A DNA stretch of 64,000 nt from an uncultured Actinomycetes bacterium (GTDB taxonomy: Bacteria > Actinomycetota > Thermoleophilia > UBA2241), in contig CAVYCN010000004.1 of the NCBI GenBank assembly GCA_963767005.1, forward strand, positions 384,001 to 448,000, given 5' to 3'. Both the position numbers and the translations under genes were made by a program. The notes under the pieces are model-generated. The model did no database searches. It was given only the letters and a program-made list of their open reading frames with translations, and had not been told where the DNA came from. Below, piece by piece: positions 39,757 to 49,164 of the stretch (position 1 is its first letter; each line of letters starts with the position of its first letter).

Positions 39757-39864
39757 GATCGACTCCACGGGTCCTGGGGCTGGTTCTCACTCGATGGGGC
39801 GTGCCCCGCAAAGACCCCATGGTACCAGACTTGGACGGCGCCGGTCGGGCGCCCACCGGTGTGC

Positions 39865-40113
39865 CTACCGGTCCTCGTCGTCGTCGGCGCCGAACTCGAG
39901 GCCGACCGTGTCGGCTCGCGCGATGACGTCCTGGGCGAGCGCGAGGTCACCCTCGCTCACGAGCACGTCGATCGCGCCGAGCCCGGACGTGCCGGGGTAG
40001 GCGTCGTGAAGGCCGCCGCGAAGGGTGGCGGCGATCCCCGCCTCGTTCAGGGCGTTCGAGATCGCCTCCGCCTGGTCGAGATCGTTCGCGGTGGTCGCCC
40101 GTTGCAGCTCCAT
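39865..40113 (-). CDS. DUF2007-like putative signal-transducing protein
   Basis: AEAISNALNEAGI...IDVLVSEGDLALAQDVI. Confidence 0.75.
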   Translation of the reverse strand: MELQRATTANDLDQAEAISNALNEAGIAATLRGGLHDAYPGTSGLGAIDVLVSEGDLALAQDVIARADTVGLEFGADDDEDR

Positions 40114-40201
40114 CGTGACACCTCGCTTTCGCGTTGGTTCGACTTGCGGCCGGGCCACGATACCCCCGGTCTGTATACCCCTTCGCCCCCCGCAGGCATC
40201 C

Positions 40202-40447
40202 TCACTCTCCCGGCGTCTCGGGATCGTCGACGACACGCCCGGCCTGGATGTCGGCGAGCAAGCGGCCGGCCTCTTCGTAGTCCTCGTCGGCTACGATGAG
40301 CTCGACGTCGCCGATCACCGGCACGAAGCCGTACACGCTGTTCATGGCGCGGCCGGTGAGCTCGGTCCTGATGCCGGCCGACACGAGCAGGTCACGCCAC
40401 ACGGTGGCGAGGATCGGGTCGCTTACCCTGGCGAGCACCTTGGTCAT
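40202..40447 (-). CDS. DUF2007-like putative signal-transducing protein
   Basis: RDLLVSAGI...VELIVADEDYEEAGRLL; RBS GGAGG. Confidence 0.78.
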   Translation of the reverse strand: MTKVLARVSDPILATVWRDLLVSAGIRTELTGRAMNSVYGFVPVIGDVELIVADEDYEEAGRLLADIQAGRVVDDPETPGE

Positions 40448-40517
40448 GTCGTCTCCGACCTCCTCGACGGCTCTGCCGTCGCCGCGCCGCCCGCCGCGTG
40501 CGCCGCGGCGCCGCGCC

Positions 40518-40757
40518 CTACCGCCTGCTCGCGGGCGGCTGTCCGGCCTCGCGTTCGAGCTCTTCGGCGAGGCGGCGCGCCTCGTCGTAGCTCTCGGCCG
40601 GCACCAGGACGGCATAGCCGCCCATCTGCGGCATGCCGGGGAACGCGCTCGCCCGAGCGCCGATCACCTCGGCGCTCACGCCGCTCGCCTCGAGCAGGTC
40701 CCTGAGACTGGTCGCGGTGATCAGGTCGAGCTCGTCGGCCACGACTTTCGTCTCCAC
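40518..40757 (-). CDS. DUF2007-like putative signal-transducing protein
   Basis: RDLLEASGV...AVLVPAESYDEARRL. Confidence 0.78.
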   Translation of the reverse strand: METKVVADELDLITATSLRDLLEASGVSAEVIGARASAFPGMPQMGGYAVLVPAESYDEARRLAEELEREAGQPPASRR

Positions 40758-40758
40758 G

Positions 40759-41613
40759 TCACTCCTCTCCAGTCACGAGCTCGCGCAGCGAGTCGAGGTT
40801 CGCGCGGTCGGGGCCGCGGCCGTCGTAGCCGGGGACCTCGAGGATGCCGGGGACCCCGGAGAACGCAGGGTGATTGACGATCAGGCGCATGCCCTGGCGG
40901 CCGATCTCGCCGTCGCCGATGTTCTCGTGCCGGTCGCGGTTGGAGCCCAGCGCCGCCTTCGAGTCGTTCAGGTGTACGAGGACGAGACGCTCGCGGCCTA
41001 CGGTGCGATCGAAGGCCGCGAGCGTCTCGTCGAGCGCGGCCGCCACGCGCAGCTCGTGGCCCGAGGCCAGCAGGTGCGCGGTGTCGAGGCACACGCCGAC
41101 GCGCTCGTCGCCGCCGGTCGCGTCGATCATGGCGCGCAGGTGTTCGAAGGTGACGCCCATGGTGCCGCCGGCGCCGGCCGTGTTCTCGAGCAGGAGGCGC
41201 ACCCTCGAGTCGCCGACCTGGTCGAGCGCCCGGCAGAGCGCGACCCGCACGCGCTCGAGGCCCGCCTCGAAGCCGGCGCCCTGGTGCGAGCCGACGTGCG
41301 TGACGATCGCCTCGACACCCAGCTGCTCGGCCGCCTTCACGGCGCCGACGAGGGCGACGACCGACTTCTCGTAGAAGTCCTCGCTGGTGGTCGCGAGGTT
41401 GATCAGGTAGATGGTGTGGATGACCGCGAAACGCACGCCCGAGTCCGCCCGGGCCTCGCGAAAGCGGGCAGCGTCGGCAGCGCGGTAGAGCTGGGGTTTC
41501 CAGGTCCGCGGGCTGCCGGCGAAGAACTGGATGGCGGCCACGTCGAGCTCGCGGGCGTGGTCGATCGCGGTCCAGACGCCGCCGCTCGCCCTCACATGCG
41601 CTCCGAAGTACAT
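40759..41613 (-). CDS. nfo: Endonuclease IV
   Basis: FGAHV, HTIYLINLA, LLENTAG, CLDTAH, HLNDSK, DRHENIGDG. Confidence 0.96.
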   Translation of the reverse strand: MYFGAHVRASGGVWTAIDHARELDVAAIQFFAGSPRTWKPQLYRAADAARFREARADSGVRFAVIHTIYLINLATTSEDFYEKSVVALVGAVKAAEQLGVEAIVTHVGSHQGAGFEAGLERVRVALCRALDQVGDSRVRLLLENTAGAGGTMGVTFEHLRAMIDATGGDERVGVCLDTAHLLASGHELRVAAALDETLAAFDRTVGRERLVLVHLNDSKAALGSNRDRHENIGDGEIGRQGMRLIVNHPAFSGVPGILEVPGYDGRGPDRANLDSLRELVTGEE

Positions 41614-41706
41614 GGCCGCCTCCGGTCCGTCGCCCGAACGCCTGTGGTTCTTCCGCCGCGCGCTTCAGCCTACACGTTGCCGGCGGCGCGCGACACGTCC
41701 GTCCCT

Positions 41707-43782
41707 CTAGACGAGATCGCGCGGGATGCGGTGCTTGCGCGCCGCCTCGTGGATGAGCTCGCCGTGGTCGTAGGCGCGCTGCTCGTCGGTCAGCACGAAC
41801 TCGTCGGCGCTCGCGCGCAGCTCGCCCAGCGTGTCGACGCGCACCTCGAGCTCGGTGCCGCGCCGCAGGTCGCTGTGGCCCTCGAAGCGCGCGACCGCGG
41901 ACAGGGGGTCGCCCTCGCGCAGCTCGTAGGTGTACACGCAGTGGTCCTCGGTCACGATGCCGGTCGTGGCGTCGCGGTAGCGGCCACCGTCGATCCAGCG
42001 GTACTCGTAGCGCATCGTGTCCGTGTCGATGTCCCAGTCGACACGCCGCCCGCGTGAACCCGGCTCGACCAGCGTCTCGGTCTCGAGCGGTGCCGACCGT
42101 TCGGGCTCGCCGAACGGCGCGAGCGCGGCGTCGGCGGGCCGCGCCGGGCGGACCGGCAGGACGAGCCGGCCGGCGCCGCCGGCGAAGAGGGTGAGCTCGA
42201 CCGCCTCGGGCGAGGGCCAGACCCACGGCCAGTAGGTCGTCGAGACGGCGACGCGCAGGCGATGGCCGGCGGCGAAGGCGTGGGCGATCGTGTCGAGCGC
42301 CACGGTCACGGTGAACGGCGCGGCCGGCGTGAGCGGCGTCGGGTGCTCGTGGCCGGCGCGATGCGTGAGGTTGAGCACGTGGCGGGTGACGAGCTTGGAG
42401 CAGCCGTCGGGTGCCACGTCGCAGAGCCGTACGCAGACCAGGGCGCGCCGCCGGTCGACGGCGAGCCGCAGCGTGACCTCGGGCGCCCCGAGGATCTCGA
42501 GCGGCGCGGCCAGCGGCGCCGAGGTGAAAGTCAGCGAGCGGCCGTCCTCGGCGCGCTGGTCGAGCGGCCAGTCGCCGGGCGTGCCCTCTGCGCACCAGGC
42601 GCCGGCGTCCATGCCGGTGAGCTGCAGGCCGCGGTGCACGAGGCGCGCGGCGCCACTCGAGCCGCCGGCGTCGTGCGAGCCGCCGGCGTCCGCACCGTCG
42701 CAGCCGGCCTCGCCGAGCGTGCCGTCGCCCAGCGTCCAGACGCGGCGCTCGATGCGCGGCGACGGCCAGATGTCCTCGGCCACCCAGCGGCCCGGGTGAT
42801 CGGCGATGAGCGGCGCCGGCGCGACCCAGTCCTCCATCCACACACGCAGCATGGGCTCGTCCATGACGCCGGTGTCGATGCCCTTCAGCCAGTGGTCCCA
42901 GAAGCGCAGCGCCTCCTGCAGGTAGCCGATGGCCGGGCCGGGCACGACCTGGTTCGGGAAGCTGTGCGACCACGGCCCGATCAACCCCTTGCGGGGCCCG
43001 GGCAGACCGGCCAGCAGGCGCATGACGGCGTTGTGGTAGCCGTCGGTCCAGCCGCCGATCGCGTACACCGCGGCCTCGATCGCGGCGTAGTCCTCGCAGA
43101 CCGAGCCGCGCTTCCAGTAAGCGTCGCGGCGCTGGTGGGCAAGCCAGGTCGCGGCCCAGTCGGCGTTGTGCCGCAGGCGCTCGAGCCAGCGCTCGCGCCA
43201 GCCGTCGCCGCCGACCACCTGGGGATGCGACGGCAGGGCGTTGTAGTGCAGCATCGTGGCGCCCCAGGCCTGCATGTCGAGGCCCGACACGCAGCCGCCC
43301 TTGTAGTGCACGTCGTCGGCGTAGCGGTCGTCGGTCGACATCAGCGTGATGATCGCCTTGAGCGCGGGCGGCCGCAAGGCCGCCACCTGGAGGCTGTTGA
43401 AGCCCGTCCACGAGATGCCGGTCATGCCGACGTTGCCGCTGCACCAGGGCCGGGCGGCGAGCCAGGCGATGACCTCGCAGACGTCGCGCTGCTCCAGGGC
43501 CGTGTACTCGTCGTCGATCAGGCCCTCCGAGTCGCCGGTGCCGCGCAGGTCGACGCGCGCGCAGGCGTAGCCGTGGCCGGCCCAGTACGGGTAGACCTCC
43601 CAGTCGCGCTGGCCGGCGTCGGTCAGGCGGTAGGGGCTCGCCTCGAGGATCGCCGGCACCGGGTCGGTGTCGGCGTCGGCCGGCAGCCAGATGCGGGCGT
43701 GCAGGCGGACGCCGTCGGACAGGGTGATCCACTGGTGGTCGAGCACGTCCACGCGGCGTGGGAACTCGTCGCGCACCTTCAT
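41707..43782 (-). CDS. CocE/NonD family serine hydrolase
   Basis: DGVRLHARIWLP, DLRGTGDSEG, GISWTG nucleophile, IGPWSH. Confidence 0.92.
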   Translation of the reverse strand: MKVRDEFPRRVDVLDHQWITLSDGVRLHARIWLPADADTDPVPAILEASPYRLTDAGQRDWEVYPYWAGHGYACARVDLRGTGDSEGLIDDEYTALEQRDVCEVIAWLAARPWCSGNVGMTGISWTGFNSLQVAALRPPALKAIITLMSTDDRYADDVHYKGGCVSGLDMQAWGATMLHYNALPSHPQVVGGDGWRERWLERLRHNADWAATWLAHQRRDAYWKRGSVCEDYAAIEAAVYAIGGWTDGYHNAVMRLLAGLPGPRKGLIGPWSHSFPNQVVPGPAIGYLQEALRFWDHWLKGIDTGVMDEPMLRVWMEDWVAPAPLIADHPGRWVAEDIWPSPRIERRVWTLGDGTLGEAGCDGADAGGSHDAGGSSGAARLVHRGLQLTGMDAGAWCAEGTPGDWPLDQRAEDGRSLTFTSAPLAAPLEILGAPEVTLRLAVDRRRALVCVRLCDVAPDGCSKLVTRHVLNLTHRAGHEHPTPLTPAAPFTVTVALDTIAHAFAAGHRLRVAVSTTYWPWVWPSPEAVELTLFAGGAGRLVLPVRPARPADAALAPFGEPERSAPLETETLVEPGSRGRRVDWDIDTDTMRYEYRWIDGGRYRDATTGIVTEDHCVYTYELREGDPLSAVARFEGHSDLRRGTELEVRVDTLGELRASADEFVLTDEQRAYDHGELIHEAARKHRIPRDLV

Positions 43783-43898
43783 CGGGGCCACCTCACCGGT
43801 AGGGGTTGACGCTGCGACTCTACCGAGGCCGTCGCGGGGGCGGCAAGCACATGCCTCCGCAAGCGCGTCGCGCACCCGGCCGGGCGCCGGCCTGTCGC

Positions 43899-43967
43899 CT
43901 ACCTGACGAGCAGGAGCAGCAGGACGGCGACCAGGAAGACGATGAGGACGATGGCCAGCGTGTACAT
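43899..43967 (-). CDS. 22-aa single-TM microprotein (not in ORF track)
   Basis: MYTLAIVLIVFLVAVLLLLLVR, RBS GAGGA, GC3-rich codons. Confidence 0.55.
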   Translation of the reverse strand: MYTLAIVLIVFLVAVLLLLLVR

Positions 43968-44088
43968 AGGTCCTCGCGCGGCTCCAGGACGTGGTCTGTC
44001 GGTGTCGTTCCCGCGGCGGCGGCGAGGCAAGCCGCTCGGGCGGCGTGGCGGGCTCAGCCGCTTGCCGCTGCCCGACGGCGCGACGGCT

Positions 44089-44931
44089 TCAGGTGCCGAC
44101 CGGCAGGTGCTCCCGGAACCAGGCGAGGAGCAGGGCGATGACCTGATCGAGGTGCCCGACGAGGTTGTGGGGACAGCCCGGCACGACCTCGATGCGCGAG
44201 CCGGACGGCAGCAGCGACAGACCGCGCCGGGCGAGCGCGAGGTACTCGAGCTCTTCCTCGTCGCCGTCGCCGTCGATCAGCAGCACGGGGCAGGGCACCC
44301 GGGCGAAGAGCGCCTCCTGGTCGCAGCCGACGAGCTCCTCGAGCAGCGAGACGTCACTCACCACGGCGGCCCGGGGGTGGTCGCCGTCCTGCGGGATCGT
44401 CACCCGCCCGGTCCGGGCCAGCTCGTCCATCTGCTCGGCTGTGAAGTAGTCGTGCCAGTCGTAGCCGACGGGACCGGTAGGCGCGCCGGCCGTCGCGATC
44501 GTCGTCACGTCGGCGGGCGAGGCCTGCAGGCAGACCCGGCCGCCGAGGCTGTGGCCGATCAGGCCGAGCCGCTCGTGGCCGAGCGAGCGGGCGTAGGCGA
44601 TCGCCGCCAGCAGGTCCTCGACCTCGTGCTCGACGGTGAGGACGTCGTCGTCGCTCTCGCCCGACCCGGCGAAGTCGAAGGCGAGCGTGGCGTAGCCGGC
44701 GGTGGCGAAGGCCTGCGCCATCGTCGGGAATCGGTCACGGGCGCGGCGCTGGCTGCCGAAGCCGTGGGCCAGCACGACCAGCGGCGTCTCGGTCGGCGGC
44801 CGCGAGAGCGCCGCACCTGCGCCGCCGCTGGTGGGGGCTCGGTCAACGTCTTGTGCCCGGCCGGGGGCGGGCGCCACGTAGTCGGCGACGAGTCGCAGTC
44901 CACGAGCGTTGCGAAAGGTCACGCGAGGCAT
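44089..44931 (-). CDS. Alpha/beta hydrolase
   Basis: LAHGFG, FDFAGSGES, GHSLGG. Confidence 0.88.
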   Translation of the reverse strand: MPRVTFRNARGLRLVADYVAPAPGRAQDVDRAPTSGGAGAALSRPPTETPLVVLAHGFGSQRRARDRFPTMAQAFATAGYATLAFDFAGSGESDDDVLTVEHEVEDLLAAIAYARSLGHERLGLIGHSLGGRVCLQASPADVTTIATAGAPTGPVGYDWHDYFTAEQMDELARTGRVTIPQDGDHPRAAVVSDVSLLEELVGCDQEALFARVPCPVLLIDGDGDEEELEYLALARRGLSLLPSGSRIEVVPGCPHNLVGHLDQVIALLLAWFREHLPVGT

Positions 44932-44978
44932 GATGTAAAGCATACGCGACCGCGGGACGACCGTACGGGCGAGGGTGT

Positions 44979-45968
44979 TTGGTGCAACGGGTAAACGAAG
45001 GCCGGGAGAGCATGCGCCTCTGGGGCGTGGCGCTGCGCGACTGGCCGTCCGCGTTGCGCGACGCCGGTCTTGCCCTGCTGCACGACGACGTCACGGGCAA
45101 GGCGGCCGGCCTCACCTACTTCATGGTCATCACGGTGTTCCCGGCGCTCATCGCGTTCGTGTCGTTCCTCGTGCTGATCGGCCGCGCCGGCGCGGTGTCC
45201 TCGTTGCTCAGCGTGGTGAGCGACCTGGGGCCGGTCAGCGGCAGAGTGGTGGGCTCGCCCGTGCGCCACGCGCTCACGAGCGGCGGCTCGGTCGGCGCCC
45301 TCGTGTCGATCGCGGTGTTCGCGTTCTTCGCGGCGTCGGCCTACGTCGGGGCGTTCGACGGTCAGGAGCGCCGTCTGCGCGACGAGCCTGCCGCCACCTC
45401 GTTCTGGGCGGCGCGGCGCCGCCAGTCGCTGATCGCCCTGGCCGTGCTCGGCCTGCTCGGCTTGATCTCGCTCGCCCTCGTGCTCAGCCCGGCGCTGTTC
45501 GTGCGCGCCGGCGGGGTGCTCGGCAGCGGTACGACCGGCCTCGTGCTCTACAAGGTGTTCCGCTGGCCGGGGCTGTTCGTCGCGGCGCTCGTGCTGTTCA
45601 ACGTCCTCTACCTGTCATCGCCGGCGCCGGCGCACCGCGCCGGACGCTTCTGGATCACCGGCGGCAGCGTCATGAGCATGCTGGCCTGGCTGCTCGCCAC
45701 CTGGATCTACGACCTCTATGCGCGCCATGTGAGTCACTACCAGTCGCTGTACGGCGCGTTCGGCGACCTGATCGCGTTCTTCTTGTGGCTGTGGATGTTG
45801 AACATCGCCGTGCTCGGTGGCGTCGAGCTCAACATCCAGCTCGAGCGCCGGCGCGGCGACCTGCCGATCCCGGTCGACGACGAGCCTCGCGAGGGGCTCG
45901 CACCCGCCCCCGCCGCGCGCGCCGCACGCGCGCAGGGGAGGGGCGAGGAGACGCACAGAGCGGCGTGA
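44979..45968 (+). CDS. YihY/BrkB family membrane protein
   Basis: AAGLTYF..FP, YQSLYGAFGDLIAFFLWLW..LGGVELN; start uncertain. Confidence 0.88.
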   Translation: MVQRVNEGRESMRLWGVALRDWPSALRDAGLALLHDDVTGKAAGLTYFMVITVFPALIAFVSFLVLIGRAGAVSSLLSVVSDLGPVSGRVVGSPVRHALTSGGSVGALVSIAVFAFFAASAYVGAFDGQERRLRDEPAATSFWAARRRQSLIALAVLGLLGLISLALVLSPALFVRAGGVLGSGTTGLVLYKVFRWPGLFVAALVLFNVLYLSSPAPAHRAGRFWITGGSVMSMLAWLLATWIYDLYARHVSHYQSLYGAFGDLIAFFLWLWMLNIAVLGGVELNIQLERRRGDLPIPVDDEPREGLAPAPAARAARAQGRGEETHRAA

Positions 45969-45976
45969 CTGCGGCC

Positions 45977-46022
45977 GGGCGGTGGGGGCGGCGCCTCGTA
46001 CGAGGCGCCGCCCCCACCGCCC
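45977..46022. repeat. Perfect 46-bp palindrome (terminator/REP-like)
   Basis: GGGCGGTGGGGGCGGCGCCTCGT plus exact reverse complement, centred on CGTACG. Confidence 0.85.
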
Positions 46023-46043
46023 TCGTGCCCCTCCGGCGGCCCC

Positions 46044-46095
46044 TTGACACCCGCGACAGGACTGTTAGATTCGCACGAAGTTCGCTTAAGCGAAC
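46044..46095 (+). promoter_or_regulatory. Promoter and palindromic operator of the ABC-creatininase-TetR operon
   Basis: TTGACA (46044), 16 nt spacer, TAGATT (46066); perfect palindrome GTTCGCTTAAGCGAAC at 46080-46095. Confidence 0.7.
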
Positions 46096-46267
46096 GAATT
46101 CCGCGAGGAGCCGTCGGGTCGCGACGGCAAGGGGGAAACAGCAAGTCCGCGGGCGCTCCGCCCGCCGGCCCACTCCTCCCGCTCGCTCGGCCGAAGGAGG
46201 GTCACCACACAAGGACGCGCAGGTTCCACCCCGCAGCACGACAACGTCTACGTCTCGGAGGGATGCG

Positions 46268-48109
46268 ATGGGTCTGACCCGACACACAGGGCGCGGCAGG
46301 TGGCTGCTGTTGGCGGTCGCCGCCTTCCTCGCCATCGGCCTGATCTGGGGGATCGCGGCGGCCTTTGCCGACAGCTCGAGCCCCGCACCAGCGAGCGACG
46401 CCAACGTGCTGCGAGTCGGCTGGGGGTCTGAGCCGCAGACGCTCAACCCCTTCAAGCAGAACCTGATCGCCGAGTTCGAGGTCAACCACCTGAACTACGA
46501 CTACCTGGTGGGCGTCGACGCGGCCACCTACCAGCCCAAGGCCGAGCTGGCGACCGCCTGGACGCAGAGCGCCGACGGGCTGACCTGGACCTTCACCATC
46601 CGCAGTGGCGTGAAGTGGCAGGACGGCGTGCCGTTCACGGCCGCCGACGTGGCCTTCACCTACAACTACATCATCAAGAACAACATGACGAACTTCACGA
46701 TGTTCACGGCCGGCATCAAGGACGTGACGGCGCCCAACGCCACCACGGCCGTGTTCCATCTGCTCAAGCCGTGGGCCCTCATGCTGCGCATGTACGTACC
46801 CATCCTGCCCGAGCACATCTGGTCGAAGATCCCGGCCGCCAAGGCGCAGAGCACCTACCTGAACTCCAACCCGGTCGGCACCGGCCCGTTCCAGGTGACG
46901 AGCTTCACCCCCGGCCAGACCGTCGTGATGAAGGCCAACCCGGACTACTGGCGCGGCGCCCCGAAGGTGAGCGAGGTCGTCTTCGAGTCCTACGTGAACG
47001 CCAACACCATGGCTCAGGATCTCAAGTCGGGCGCGATCGGCGTGGCCGCCGGCCTGCCCGAGGCCTCGTTCAAGCAGCTCCAGACGACCGCCGGCGTCAA
47101 GACGATCGTCGGCTTGAGCAAGGGCTTCGAGGAGCTCGGCATCGACAGCTACGTGCCGCCGGCTGGCGGCAAGAGCGGCGGCAACCCCGTGCTGCGCGAC
47201 TGGAAGTTCCGCCAGGCGCTGAACTACGCCGTCGACAAGAGCGCCGTCCTGACCACGGCCTATGACGGCTACGGCACGGTGGCGACGTCGGTCATCCAGC
47301 CGGGCTACTTCCCGGCCTCGGCCGACTACCACTGGACGCCGCCGACGCCTTACACCTTCGACATCGCCAAGGCCAATCAGATGCTGACGGCCGCCGGTTA
47401 TCCCCTGAAGAACGGCGTACGCCTGAACAAGCAGGGCAAGCCGATCGTCCTCAGCCTGATCGCGCGCTCGGACAGCCCCGAGAGCCAGCGCGCCGGCAAG
47501 CTGATCGCGAGCTGGTTCACGCAGCTCGGCCTGAAGATCGACTACCAGGTGCTCGAGACCTCGGCCCTCCTGGCCAAGCAGTACAACTTCGTGGGCAAGA
47601 CCTACGATCCCCAGTACGACCTGTTCCTCTGGGACTGGGTGGGCTCGGGCAGCGACCCCAACTACATCCTGAGCGTCTTCACGACCGGCCAGATCGCCAA
47701 CCTGAGCGACTGCCAGTACTCGAACCCGACCTACGACAAGCTGTTCGCCGAGCAGCAGACCACGATGGACCCCACCCAGCGGATCGACATCGTCCATCAG
47801 ATGCAGCAGATCCTGTACGAGCAGTCGCCGTACATCACGCTCGTCTACCATCGCAACCTCGAGGCCTACAACTCGGCCAAGTGGACCGGCTTCGTGCAGT
47901 CCCCGGCTGACGGCGGCAGCATCGTCTACAACGCCGACAACATCGACAGCTACCTCTACGCCCACGCCGTGACGGCGAGCGTCTCGAGCTCGAGCTCGGG
48001 CTCGAGCAACACCGGCCTGATCGTCGTGATCGTGGTGATCGTCGCGGTCGTCGTGATCGCCGTCGTGGTCGTTACTGCGCGGCGTCGCGGACGCGCCGTC
48101 GAGCAGTGA
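46268..48109 (+). CDS. ABC substrate-binding protein family 5 with C-terminal transmembrane anchor
   Basis: Paralog of the 20771 protein (shared GVKWQDGVPFTAADVAFT, PILPEHIWSKI); C-terminal LIVVIVVIVAVVVIAVVVVTARRR. Confidence 0.93.
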   Translation: MGLTRHTGRGRWLLLAVAAFLAIGLIWGIAAAFADSSSPAPASDANVLRVGWGSEPQTLNPFKQNLIAEFEVNHLNYDYLVGVDAATYQPKAELATAWTQSADGLTWTFTIRSGVKWQDGVPFTAADVAFTYNYIIKNNMTNFTMFTAGIKDVTAPNATTAVFHLLKPWALMLRMYVPILPEHIWSKIPAAKAQSTYLNSNPVGTGPFQVTSFTPGQTVVMKANPDYWRGAPKVSEVVFESYVNANTMAQDLKSGAIGVAAGLPEASFKQLQTTAGVKTIVGLSKGFEELGIDSYVPPAGGKSGGNPVLRDWKFRQALNYAVDKSAVLTTAYDGYGTVATSVIQPGYFPASADYHWTPPTPYTFDIAKANQMLTAAGYPLKNGVRLNKQGKPIVLSLIARSDSPESQRAGKLIASWFTQLGLKIDYQVLETSALLAKQYNFVGKTYDPQYDLFLWDWVGSGSDPNYILSVFTTGQIANLSDCQYSNPTYDKLFAEQQTTMDPTQRIDIVHQMQQILYEQSPYITLVYHRNLEAYNSAKWTGFVQSPADGGSIVYNADNIDSYLYAHAVTASVSSSSSGSSNTGLIVVIVVIVAVVVIAVVVVTARRRGRAVEQ

Positions 48110-48147
48110 CCCGAGCGGTCGGTATGAGCCTGCTCCGATAGGGGGTC

Positions 48148-48186
48148 TGGGGGCGCCGGTCCGGTGGGACCGGACCGGCGCCCCCA
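48148..48186 (+). terminator. Intra-operon hairpin after the binding-protein gene
   Basis: 18-bp stem TGGGGGCGCCGGTCCGGT with GGG loop; typical position for mRNA stabilisation or partial termination. Confidence 0.6.
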
Positions 48187-48192
48187 CTCGAC

Positions 48193-49164
48193 ATGGACAA
48201 GCGCAGCTACTTTCTGAAGAAGATCCTGAACGCGGTGCTGATCATCGTGCTGGTCGCCTCGTTCAACTTCGTGCTGTTCCGCATTCTGCCGGGCAACCCC
48301 GCCCGTCTGCTGCTGCCGCACGGCGCCTGGAGCCCGGCGGCGATCGCCAGGCAGCGGAGTGTGTTTCGGCTCGATCGCCCGCTCTGGCAGCAGTTCGGCT
48401 ACTACTGGTACGACCTCGCCCACGGCAAGCTGGGCAACTCCTTCGTGTACTCCCGGCCGGCCATGTCGGTGGTCTGGGCGCGCGTGCCGTCGACCCTCTT
48501 GCTGGTCGGCACCGGCACCGTCGTCGCCATCGTCGTCGGGCTGATCACCGGCACCTACGCCGGCTGGCGACGGGACGGCTGGTACGACACCTCCTCGACC
48601 ACGGTCGGCATGGTGCTGTACTCGACGCCGACCCTGTGGGTCGGGCTCGTGCTCATCATGCTGTTCTCGGCCAAGCTGGGCTGGTTCCCGTCGGGTCGCA
48701 TGGGCGAGCCGGGAGCCGTGTACAGCGGCTGGTTCGACCACGGCAAGGCAATCCTCAACCACCTCGTGTTGCCGGCGGCGACGTTCGCTCTCGTCTACAT
48801 CGGCCAGTACCACACCATCATGCGCACCTCGCTGTCGGGTGTGCGCAACGAAGACTTCGTGCTCACGGCGCGCGCCAAGGGTCTCTCTGACTCGGGCGTG
48901 CTGTGGGGCCACGTCGTGCCCAACGCCATGCTGCCGACGACGACTGTGATCATGATGAACCTGGGCTTCATCATGTCGGGCGCCATCCTCACCGAGACGG
49001 TGTTCAACTGGCCCGGCATCGGCCTGCTCTCGTATCAGTCGATGATGAACCTCGACTACCCGGTGCTGCAGGCCGTGTTCCTGGTGGCGAGCGTCGCCGT
49101 CGTGCTGGCGAACCTCGTCGCGGACATCCTCTACTACTATCTCGACCCGAGGGTACGGGCATGA
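48193..49164 (+). CDS. Opp/Dpp ABC permease (DppB-like)
   Basis: LPGNP, DFVLTARAKGL, ETVFNWPGIG, LDPRVR. Confidence 0.94.
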   Translation: MDKRSYFLKKILNAVLIIVLVASFNFVLFRILPGNPARLLLPHGAWSPAAIARQRSVFRLDRPLWQQFGYYWYDLAHGKLGNSFVYSRPAMSVVWARVPSTLLLVGTGTVVAIVVGLITGTYAGWRRDGWYDTSSTTVGMVLYSTPTLWVGLVLIMLFSAKLGWFPSGRMGEPGAVYSGWFDHGKAILNHLVLPAATFALVYIGQYHTIMRTSLSGVRNEDFVLTARAKGLSDSGVLWGHVVPNAMLPTTTVIMMNLGFIMSGAILTETVFNWPGIGLLSYQSMMNLDYPVLQAVFLVASVAVVLANLVADILYYYLDPRVRA

